Shown here: one piece after another, positions 22,165 to 30,039 of the stretch
Numbering within the stretch: the stretch's first letter is position 1
How the letters are laid out: the number at the start of each line of letters is the position of its first letter
Assembly (NCBI GenBank): GCA_963825135.1
Contig: CAWGRW010000009.1
Coordinates: forward strand, 640,001 to 704,000
DNA from: an uncultured bacterium
Lineage (GTDB): Bacteria > Desulfobacterota_D > UBA1144 > Nemesobacterales > UBA2774
Direction of reading: 5' to 3'
Length of the DNA stretch: 64,000 nt
Position numbers and translations under genes: made by a program
Notes under the pieces: generated by a model
Database searches by the model: none
Told to the model about the DNA's origin: nothing
Seen by the model: only the letters and a program-made list of their open reading frames with translations

Positions 22165-22198
22165 TGATGCCCGGGGCCGGATTCGAACCGGCACGGGC
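22165..22198 (-). repeat. duplicated 3' end of tRNA-Leu(TAA), att-like site
   Basis: TGATGCCCGGGGCCGGATTCGAACCGGCACGGGC matches 27808-27841 at 32/34. Confidence 0.85.
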
Positions 22199-22421
22199 AG
22201 TTTCCGCCCCGACTGCAGATCCGTCCCGTATCCGTAGAATTAGTTATTGCGGGGAAAGGTCCGTTTATTCGCTTTCCCGCCGTCGGGATTAAAAAAAGCC
22301 CCGGCCAAGGTTCAGGAGGAGCTTAGTCCGGGGCTTGCATTTGAACCTCTGTGGAAAGGTCGGTTAATTATATCCCCATTCCGGAAAAGGCGGGCGTCCG
22401 AAATATAAATAAGAGCCCGGC

Positions 22422-22583
22422 TATGAATTCACGGCAGCCTTTCTTATTGGTTTCAGTTACTACTGAGCAGCATGCAACTCACTTCTCTGCCGTCGGCCAA
22501 TCGGGTCCGGTTTATTTTGGGTTCAATGGATCATCCCACGAACACAAGCTTTCGAGTAGTCAGCCCAGGACGTCCGAATTCTC
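22422..22583. repeat. array repeat copy 1 (block B 22422-22509 + block C 22510-22583)
   Basis: Near-identical to 25099-25260. Confidence 0.9.
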
Positions 22584-23081
22584 TTATTCATCGAATTCGT
22601 TGCTCGCTTGTAACCGTTTGCGCACGGCGAAGAACACTCCGACGAGCATAAGTCCCGCAGCGGCCGCGATCATGCCCCATTCGGAAAGCGCGGGGATGTC
22701 ACGGGCGATGGTCGAGTTAAGGTTGCATCCCTGGATCAATCGTTCCCTGCAATTATCGTATTCTTCGTCAGTAAGGCCAATGTTGGCAGAACCTATAGTA
22801 TCTTCAAATATACGACAAGCTTTGCCCTCGCCAATAAATACATCATAACCCAGCTCAAGTTTTTCACCGCCAGGCCTAACAATTTCAACTTGCTCCTCAG
22901 TTACGATTGATTCGTTGCCCGCTGCAAGATTACCGCCGGGACATAGAATATCGACGATTTCGTCGCCGCTATTCCCATTCGACAATTCAGCAGTATCACA
23001 CGGACAAGAAGGTATTTGCGCAAATGCATAAGGAGAAATAAACAGAACTGTCAATAATATAAATAGGTTAAAGCGCCTCAT
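22584..23081 (-). CDS. IPTL-CTERM sorting domain protein 1 (Cys-rich)
   Basis: Signal peptide; IPALSEWGMIAAAAGLMLVGVFFAVRKR tail; RBS favours ATG 23081. Confidence 0.88.
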   Translation of the reverse strand: MRRFNLFILLTVLFISPYAFAQIPSCPCDTAELSNGNSGDEIVDILCPGGNLAAGNESIVTEEQVEIVRPGGEKLELGYDVFIGEGKACRIFEDTIGSANIGLTDEEYDNCRERLIQGCNLNSTIARDIPALSEWGMIAAAAGLMLVGVFFAVRKRLQASNEFDE

Positions 23082-23249
23082 TCTCAACCCCCCTCTATAA
23101 ACAGTTTTATATGCAAATAATAAGCTAAAGCGATTATAGCACTTTGAGGTTCGCGGTGCAATATGTGTATTGCCGACGTTGGAGAGACCAGCGACAAAGC
23201 AGGCGAGGCGGTAGGCGTATCGGGAAAGACTTACGAAAGATTGAGACCG

Positions 23250-23437
23250 TATAAAGGGAAGCCCTGAACTGCTGGAGGATGAGTACAGCAGAACAGGGCT
23301 TCATTTAAGGAGAACCGTACAAGGTTCCCGATCTGTTTATAGCAGAAATTATGAATTCACGGAAGCCTATCTTATTGGTTTCAATGACTTATGAGCAGCA
23401 TGCAACTCACTTCTCTGCCGTCGGCCAATCGGGTCCG
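23250..23437. repeat. array repeat copy 2 (partial block A + block B)
   Basis: Matches 24129-24316 with a few substitutions. Confidence 0.9.
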
Positions 23438-23944
23438 TTACGCGCTCGCTTGTAACCGTTTCCTCACGGCGAAGAAGACTCCGACGAGCATAAGTCCCGC
23501 AGCGGCAGCGATCATGCCCCATTCGGAGAGGGTAGGGATGGGATTGATTGGCTGATTAATAAACGCGACAGCTCCATTTGAAAACCCGGGACCGATACAC
23601 CTAAATTTAATCCCATTTTCGACCCTCTCAACTAGCACGCCGCTGATCGTGAAGTACAATATATCCTCAAACCTCCACCCTTCGGGTACGACCTCTGTGA
23701 TCGTAACAATATCTCCCTTTTTTGCATTAATATTTTCCTGCTCACCAAACGATTGAATAAAAAATGTTGATTCCGCCCCATTCAGATTTAGTGCAAACTC
23801 AAACACCTCACCCACAGGTGCGATTTTTGATATTTGTATGAGGCATTGATCCTCATCCTGCGAAAAACCCGGTACTGCTGATAAGTATATAAAACCGGAT
23901 ACAATAAGAAAGAACAGAAAAGGTTGGAATCCAAGTTTAGTCAT
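23438..23944 (-). CDS. IPTL-CTERM sorting domain protein 2 (beta-sandwich-like)
   Basis: Signal peptide; IPTLSEWG tail; GGAGG RBS before ATG 23944. Confidence 0.88.
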   Translation of the reverse strand: MTKLGFQPFLFFLIVSGFIYLSAVPGFSQDEDQCLIQISKIAPVGEVFEFALNLNGAESTFFIQSFGEQENINAKKGDIVTITEVVPEGWRFEDILYFTISGVLVERVENGIKFRCIGPGFSNGAVAFINQPINPIPTLSEWGMIAAAAGLMLVGVFFAVRKRLQASA

Positions 23945-24071
23945 ATTAATCCTCCGCAAAGAGTTGACTTACGCCCATTATCACACGTTTAATAATTATT
24001 TGCAAATGTACAACAATAATTCTCCGGCAAACCTCTTATTCGCCCCTCAAAATTCAAACTGACCCAATACC

Positions 24072-24316
24072 CTTAATTCGCATAATTCACCTTGTTCGCA
24101 TTCATGGATGGACAGAGAAACAGAGCTATATAAAGGGAAGCCCTGAACTGCTGGAGGATGAGTACAGTAGAACAGGGCTTCATTTAAGGAGAACCGTACA
24201 ATGGTTCCAACTTGTTTATAGCAGAAATTATGAATTCACGACAGCCTTTCTTATTGGTTTCAATGACTTATGAGCAGCATGCAATTTACTTCTCTGCCGT
24301 CGGCCAATCGGGTCCG
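24072..24316. repeat. array repeat copy 3 (block A + block B)
   Basis: 245 bp, near-identical to 24942-25186. Confidence 0.92.
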
Positions 24317-24844
24317 TTACGCGCTCGCTTGTAACCGTTTCCTCACGGCGAAGAAGACTCCGACGAGCATAAGTCCCGCTGCGGCCGCGATCATTCCCCA
24401 TTGGGAAAGCGTGGGGATGTTCGCCACTCCCTGCACATTCGTTATCACGCAAAAAGTATCCAATTGCGGGGTCACGCATTCCTCGATCCACCCACCCTCA
24501 ATCTCGGTAATATCGAGCCCGCCGCCGGGTTCGCATACGATTCCTCCGAACGCCCATCCGGATTGCGGTTTTTCTGTTATAATATGAGATGTCCCCGCCT
24601 CAACAAAACCACTCGAACCCATGGGGTCACCGGCGGTAATGAAAAACGTAAAAGTCTCCCCGGTTTCCACCACTTCGCCGTTGAATTGGAATTCCCTGCC
24701 CTCCGCCCCGGGAGCTACTTTGGTAGTTTCGATAAAGCATTCGGTAGGCTGGGCTGCGCTATTCCCCGCGGTCATGAATAAAACGACTGGGATTATGAAA
24801 ACGAATAATATAAGGCAGTTAAATGATCGAAAGATCCTCGGCAT
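24317..24844 (-). CDS. IPTL-CTERM sorting domain protein 3
   Basis: Signal peptide; ITEKPQSGW...C...C..TN pattern; IPTLSQWG tail. Confidence 0.88.
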   Translation of the reverse strand: MPRIFRSFNCLILFVFIIPVVLFMTAGNSAAQPTECFIETTKVAPGAEGREFQFNGEVVETGETFTFFITAGDPMGSSGFVEAGTSHIITEKPQSGWAFGGIVCEPGGGLDITEIEGGWIEECVTPQLDTFCVITNVQGVANIPTLSQWGMIAAAAGLMLVGVFFAVRKRLQASA

Positions 24845-24941
24845 ATAAACCTCCCCAATTCTTTTTATTCACGATATTACAACATTTGTGAGTATAAATC
24901 CAGCGTAGCAGCAGTACCATCCCCTTCTCGGTGTATCCGGG

Positions 24942-25260
24942 CTTAATTCGCATAATTCACCTTGTTCGCATTCATGGATGGACAGAGAAACAGAGCTATA
25001 TAAAGGGAAGCCCTGAACTGCTGGAGGATGAGTACAGTAGAACAGGGCTTCATTTAAGGAGAACCGTACAATGGTTCCAATTTGTTTATAGCAGAAATTA
25101 TGAATTCACGACAGCCTTTCTTTTTGGTTTCAGTTACTACTGAGCAGCATGCAACTCACTTCTCTGCCGTCGGCCAATCGGGTCCGGTTTATTTTGGGTT
25201 CAATGGATCATCCCACGAACACAAGCTTTCGAGTAGTCAGCCCAGGACGTCCGAATTCTC
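24942..25260. repeat. array repeat copy 4 (blocks A + B + C)
   Basis: A+B match copy 3, B+C match copy 1. Confidence 0.92.
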
Positions 25261-26166
25261 TTATTCATCGAATTCGTTGCTCGCTTGTAACCGTTTCCTC
25301 ACGGCGAAGAACACTCCGACGAGCATAAGTCCCGCAGCGGCCGCTATCATCCCCCATTCGGATAGGGTCGGAATTGGGTTTATTATTGGACCACATGAGC
25401 CCTTCCATGCAAGGCCATCGATTACAGCATCTACACCGTTCGAGCCGACCAGCGTTGCTTCCCCGGTGGTTACATCCACAATAAATAACTGCCCCAACGT
25501 CCCGTCGTTGGCATATAAAATCTGATTGCATTCATCGTATGCTAGCCCAACGTCGAGGCTTGTAGCAGGGATGCCGGTAGCACCTATAAGGGTCGCGGTG
25601 CCTGTTTCGGTCGAGACTGTATAGAGCGACCTTTCATCGGATATAGCATACAGTATGCCGTTCGCGTTATCATAGGCCATACCGGGGCCATGGAAACCTA
25701 CTCCAGAACCTATAGTCGCCACGGAGCCGTCCGGGAACTGTGCAGTAAGTATATCGGAATTATTGAAATCAATAGTGTATAAAACGCCCCCAGCCTCATC
25801 AGACGCCAGACCATGCCAGTTAGCCGAACCGTTTTGATTACTCAGAAACGTTATAATTCCGCCCGTCGAGATCGACCCGATGTCATTACCTCCTGAACCT
25901 CCAGGAAAATCGTACAGGTCCACACCGTAGAGAGTTCCCTGAAGGAATGAGAGGCCCGTTATGCTCGCATTGCCGTCGAGTGTCACAATCGGTGTAGCCG
26001 TGCCGTCGGATGAATCGATAAAATATAATACGGCGGGCGTGTTACTCGACAGACCAATCAACCCGTCAGGAAAAGTTTGCGCGTGGACTAGACCGGCAGT
26101 TAAGAAAAGTGTTAAAGCAATAGCCAAATTTATTCTATGTAAGAAGAATACGATAATTTTCCTCAT
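25261..26166 (-). CDS. IPTL-CTERM sorting domain protein 4 (beta-propeller-like repeats)
   Basis: Repeated GLAYD...LY...LYTV..TG.ATL.G units; IPTLSEWG tail; GGAGG RBS before ATG 26166. Confidence 0.88.
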   Translation of the reverse strand: MRKIIVFFLHRINLAIALTLFLTAGLVHAQTFPDGLIGLSSNTPAVLYFIDSSDGTATPIVTLDGNASITGLSFLQGTLYGVDLYDFPGGSGGNDIGSISTGGIITFLSNQNGSANWHGLASDEAGGVLYTIDFNNSDILTAQFPDGSVATIGSGVGFHGPGMAYDNANGILYAISDERSLYTVSTETGTATLIGATGIPATSLDVGLAYDECNQILYANDGTLGQLFIVDVTTGEATLVGSNGVDAVIDGLAWKGSCGPIINPIPTLSEWGMIAAAAGLMLVGVFFAVRKRLQASNEFDE

Positions 26167-26382
26167 ATTATCCTCCCTAATAATATTAGTCAAATTATAT
26201 TACTATTAATTAAAACTGAATACAATACAACTTATTTTTGTTTCCTGACAGCGGCTTATCCAGTATTCATTTTCATTTCCTTTTCCCACTTTACTTGGCC
26301 ATGATAAGGTCTATGGCTTCTGTGACCCCGTGATGGAATGTTAGTGTGAGCATCCCGAGGTGGAGATGGTTGTGCATTGAGC

Positions 26383-26877
26383 TTAAGCTCTAGCTCTCTT
26401 CAGTCTCAGCACAAAGAACAAACTGACTATACCCAATCCCCCTGCGGCCGCGATCATACCCCATTCGGATAGGGTCGGAATATTCGAAACAGCACCCACG
26501 TTCGTGAACGTGCAGGTGACGTCGCCGCCGCCGTCGCATGTGGCCGTGAAACCGTTATCCGTAATTTCGAACCCTGTCGCGCCCGTACTCTCGCACTCAA
26601 CATCTGAGAGCTCCCATCCCGCTAACGGCAGCTCGGTCACAGTGACTCTCGAATTAAAAGTGCCTCCATCCGAGCCTCCGCCCTCTATATTAACAAAAAA
26701 GGGCTCTTTACCGTCCGATGTGACCTCGAATGGAAATAGGACACCGCTGCCTTCAGGCGCCTCTTTTATGACAACTGCATTACACGCACCCTGCCCAAAG
26801 GCGGCTTCTCCGAAACCCACGAGCATCATAAGACCTGTCAGTACGAAAACTATAGAGAAAACACGGTGATCGAACAT
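26383..26877 (-). CDS. IPTL-CTERM sorting domain protein 5
   Basis: Signal peptide; VTELPLAGWELSDVEC...CTFTN; IPTLSEWG tail with divergent TM/basic end; not followed by the repeat. Confidence 0.88.
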   Translation of the reverse strand: MFDHRVFSIVFVLTGLMMLVGFGEAAFGQGACNAVVIKEAPEGSGVLFPFEVTSDGKEPFFVNIEGGGSDGGTFNSRVTVTELPLAGWELSDVECESTGATGFEITDNGFTATCDGGGDVTCTFTNVGAVSNIPTLSEWGMIAAAGGLGIVSLFFVLRLKRARA

Positions 26878-26971
26878 TTTATAATCCTCCCTCAATTATG
26901 ACTTTAAGCCATCATAATGATATTTCTATTTCTAAGTCAATCGCTTCACTTCCCCTTCCCGCCGTACCCTA

Positions 26972-27051
26972 CACGGCAGCCGTTCTTTTTGGTTTCAGTT
27001 ACTACTGAGCAGCATGCAATTTACTTCTCTGCCGTCGGCCAATCGGGTCCG
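26972..27051. repeat. array repeat copy 5 (block B only)
   Basis: CACGGCAGCC...CTGCCGTCGGCCAATCGGGTCCG. Confidence 0.88.
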
Positions 27052-27052
27052 G

Positions 27053-27565
27053 TTACGCCCTTGTCCGTAACCGTTTCCTCACAGCGAAGAACACTCCGAT
27101 CAGCCCGAGTCCCGCAGCGGCCGCTATCATCCCCCACTCGGAAAGCGTTGGAATCGCGGAAATAAGCGGGAGGTTGCGAATGATACAGGTTGCATCTCCA
27201 TCACTTGCGTCCTCGCACAGAATTGAGAATCCGCCATCGAAATTGGTAATGACAATGCCGGGTCCCGCGTCACATTCTAAACCGGCGAGCCGATATCCGT
27301 TCTGTGGTTCTTCATAAATTGTTACGGACGAACCTTCGGGAATGGTTCCCCCAGTGGGCTCGCCATCCACGAGTGTAAATTCGAACGGTCCGCCCGGGCT
27401 CACCCCTTCAAAAACAAATTCGAGACTGCCCGCTCCCGGCGCAGACTTTGTAGCTTGTACTGCACATTCTCTCTCCTGGGCGTTCGCACCGGATACAAAA
27501 AAACCGCCTACTGAGGCGGCTGCGAATAAAGCAATGCATATGATGTAGCTAAAGACCATTCTCAC
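27053..27565 (-). CDS. IPTL-CTERM sorting domain protein 6
   Basis: Signal peptide; IPTLSEWG tail; GAGGAGG RBS before GTG. Confidence 0.88.
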   Translation of the reverse strand: MRMVFSYIICIALFAAASVGGFFVSGANAQERECAVQATKSAPGAGSLEFVFEGVSPGGPFEFTLVDGEPTGGTIPEGSSVTIYEEPQNGYRLAGLECDAGPGIVITNFDGGFSILCEDASDGDATCIIRNLPLISAIPTLSEWGMIAAAAGLGLIGVFFAVRKRLRTRA

Positions 27566-27807
27566 GAAATATCCTCCTCCTCTAAATAATACGCATATCT
27601 TATTATATTTAATACATTATTGTCAACGTCATCCTTTCTTAGCTCGTAATTCATTCGAGATATCGGCGGAATGGATAATCACTCACTTCCCCCTCACCCT
27701 GCCCTCGGGCACAAAAAACGCGCTGCGCAAAAGATTAAAGGAGCGGAGTCATGGACACCACTTTGGCCACAAGCGTGATCGAGCTGAAAAAGGAAATCGA
27801 ACAAGGA

Positions 27808-27894
27808 TGGTGCCCGGGGCCGGACTCGAACCGGCACGGGCGTGAACCCGAGGGATTTTAAGTCCCTTGCGTCTACCTGTTCCGCCACCCGGGC
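27808..27894 (-). tRNA. tRNA-Leu(TAA)
   Basis: GCCCGGG acceptor, AGGGA-CT-TAA-AA-TCCCT anticodon arm, long variable arm, GTTCGA, encoded CCA. Confidence 0.96.
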
Positions 27895-28015
27895 TTTCTG
27901 ACAATTCCGCCTTCTGAGACTGCCTAGGAATAATAACAGAAAGGAATGTATTTTACAGCCTTTGCCATCTCATTCAATAGCGGGTTTTGGAATGAAGCCG
28001 ACCCCATATGACCGA

Positions 28016-29332
28016 CTATTTCTTTGTTTGCAGAGGTAAACCATAGCTGGCTTCTCTTAAGTCCGTCTCAAATGCCTCATTTGTTTTATTTAAATCAATA
28101 TGTGTTATCACAGCATCATATAAACTCTCAGCTAGACGTTGTGCTTTATAGGATTCAGTATAGGATACTTGCCTACGACCACCGTGTACTAGAGAGGAAC
28201 GATATTCATACGACTCTATGATATCTTTTGCAATATCCCTTCTCCTTTCGGGTCTATCATCGAGAATAGTAGCGGCATTACGAGCAATTGTTTGGATCAC
28301 CGGTGCAGATTTATCTCCACTAGAAACTAATGCTTCTATCGCAGTATAAAAGAAAAGTAAGCGTTCAGATCTGTCTTCGGCATGGCGACCCCTAGTCAAC
28401 CAGCCCATGCCATGGGCGACACGTTCAGCCACAGTATTCTTCTTGTAATTGAAAATGGTATTTGAAAACTTGTCAAAATCGATTTTTTTGAAGTGTTCTA
28501 AAGTATTGTTATCTACGGTATAAAGAACTGGCATCGATCCACCACCTGCATTTACATTCCTATCTTGAGTCCGAATGATAATTCTTGGATTATAAATCAC
28601 CGGAGCAAGGGTAGGATGTGCCTCCTTTTTACCCCACATTGGATAGAACGGATTTTTATGATTTCCTGGGTAAGATAGCCTTATGCAACTAATTGCGATA
28701 TTTATTAGCCAAAAAGCCTCTTCTTCGACATTACTAGGCGAAGTATTTAATCTGACTTCCCAACAAAATGGAGGATAGAAAATATTTAGACCGTTGGAAT
28801 CTAAGCTCGTCGTCGGACTTGAACTTAGTATGAATGACCAATTAATTCGATCTCCTTGCTTAACATAGTCGTTTGGTAATGTTTGGGACATCCGAATTTT
28901 AACAGGTCCAACTTGTAACTCTTTAATATTATCTAGAAGTTCAATCACAAAATTAGGGGCTATAAATATAAATTCGGTTTCACTTTGTTGATCAACTTTG
29001 GCAGTGAAGTCCTTTACTGCTTGATCTATATTATTAGGATCCATTTTCGAAGCTATATCCCATGCCACCCTTTCAATATCAATTTCATGACCAGATTTAG
29101 AACCTAATTTTTTAGTACAGCTTTGGACTAGATTTGTGAGAGATCTGATAACTTCTGGACTCGTAATAAAAAATTTACCGCCATGCATAGCAAAGTTGAA
29201 AGATTGAATTGCTTCGAGGTTTTCTGCTTGGGACTTTGATGATGCATTTGACACATGATTAAAAAATACGGATGCATGTTGTCTTATTGTTGAGTCGCTA
29301 TACAGTTTATTGGTATTACCCTGTTTCCTCAC
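28016..29332 (-). CDS. HEPN domain protein (ApeA-like), possible defence RNase
   Basis: C-terminal AIEAL...YEYRSSLVHGG (Rx4H); markedly AT-rich. Confidence 0.75.
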   Translation of the reverse strand: MRKQGNTNKLYSDSTIRQHASVFFNHVSNASSKSQAENLEAIQSFNFAMHGGKFFITSPEVIRSLTNLVQSCTKKLGSKSGHEIDIERVAWDIASKMDPNNIDQAVKDFTAKVDQQSETEFIFIAPNFVIELLDNIKELQVGPVKIRMSQTLPNDYVKQGDRINWSFILSSSPTTSLDSNGLNIFYPPFCWEVRLNTSPSNVEEEAFWLINIAISCIRLSYPGNHKNPFYPMWGKKEAHPTLAPVIYNPRIIIRTQDRNVNAGGGSMPVLYTVDNNTLEHFKKIDFDKFSNTIFNYKKNTVAERVAHGMGWLTRGRHAEDRSERLLFFYTAIEALVSSGDKSAPVIQTIARNAATILDDRPERRRDIAKDIIESYEYRSSLVHGGRRQVSYTESYKAQRLAESLYDAVITHIDLNKTNEAFETDLREASYGLPLQTKK

Positions 29333-29415
29333 ATACTTAATTTACAATAGAAGGATTTTTAAATCTACATGTTAAATCTATAGAAATCTCTTACCACTGT
29401 ACAATTTTGTAAACC

Positions 29416-29481
29416 TCACCCTCCCCCGTCCCTGAGGTGCCTTAGGTAGCGCACGCGAAGGAGCCGCTTCTGACGGAGGCT
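29416..29481 (-). repeat. diverged copy of the 3' tail of the rep-like gene
   Basis: About 57/66 identical to 30040-30105; encodes SLRQKRLLRVRYLRHLRDGGG*. Confidence 0.85.
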
Positions 29482-29484
29482 CCG

Positions 29485-29924
29485 TCACCGTCCGGGAAGC
29501 CGCGTCTGGATCTCCTGGAGCAGCCAGCCGTTCCCGTCCGGATCCTCGAACGAGGCAAACGAGAAGTAGGAACGGCCTTCCGGGTCGCGCCCGCCGACGC
29601 GTGGGTTCTCCACGGCGTTGTTGAAGGGGCCGCCGGCGTAGTGGAAGACCTCGCTCACGTCGACGCCGCGGGCGATCAAGTCGTCGCGGGCGGCGTCGAC
29701 GTCGTCCACGGCGAGGACCAGGTGGTCAGCCGAGCCGGGCCTGGCGACGTGATCCCCTTGCCGAAGATGATCGAGGCCTCGAGTTGGGCGGCGTCACCTG
29801 CACGCCGCGGAAGTCGCCGACGGCGACGTCGATGTCGAGCCGCCACCCGAGCTTCTCGTAGAACGCTTTCGCGCGATCGACGTCGGAAACGCCGAGCACC
29901 ACGACTTCGAGCTTCATCGTCCAT
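29485..29924 (-). pseudogene. VOC/glyoxalase family gene, frameshifted
   Basis: MKLEVVVLGVSDVDRAKAFY..., ASIIFGKGIT..., SFASFEDPDGNGWLLQEI lie in different frames; high GC. Confidence 0.8.
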
Positions 29925-30039
29925 GATCTCAACTCCTCTCCATATGTCTTGCAGGTAGCCTGCCGACCCGGGTTACCACTATCTCAAATAAAATGCCTCG
30001 AGTCAAGATCGATTTTCCGCATCTTGCATCCTCCCTCAC

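Larger units (their letters stand above)
22165..27841. mobile_element. tRNA-Leu-anchored genomic islet (IPTL-CTERM array), no integrase inside
   Basis: Bounded by tRNA-Leu and its 3' duplicate; lower GC than the flanks; accessory cargo. Confidence 0.6.

Noticed and set aside
22422..27051. CRISPR array or diversity-generating retroelement explanation for the repeats
   Set aside because: Repeats are 80-320 bp and separated by whole genes; no cas or reverse transcriptase gene and no A-specific mismatch pattern
22422..27051. Canonical integron with attC sites
   Set aside because: GCGTAAC only loosely fits R'', no matching GTTRRRY end, genes have their own promoters, and no IntI is seen
22351..27165. 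+ strand ORFs such as 22351-22848, 25082-25525 and 26917-27165
   Set aside because: They translate the repeat and the antisense of IPTL genes; their similarity just reflects the DNA repeat
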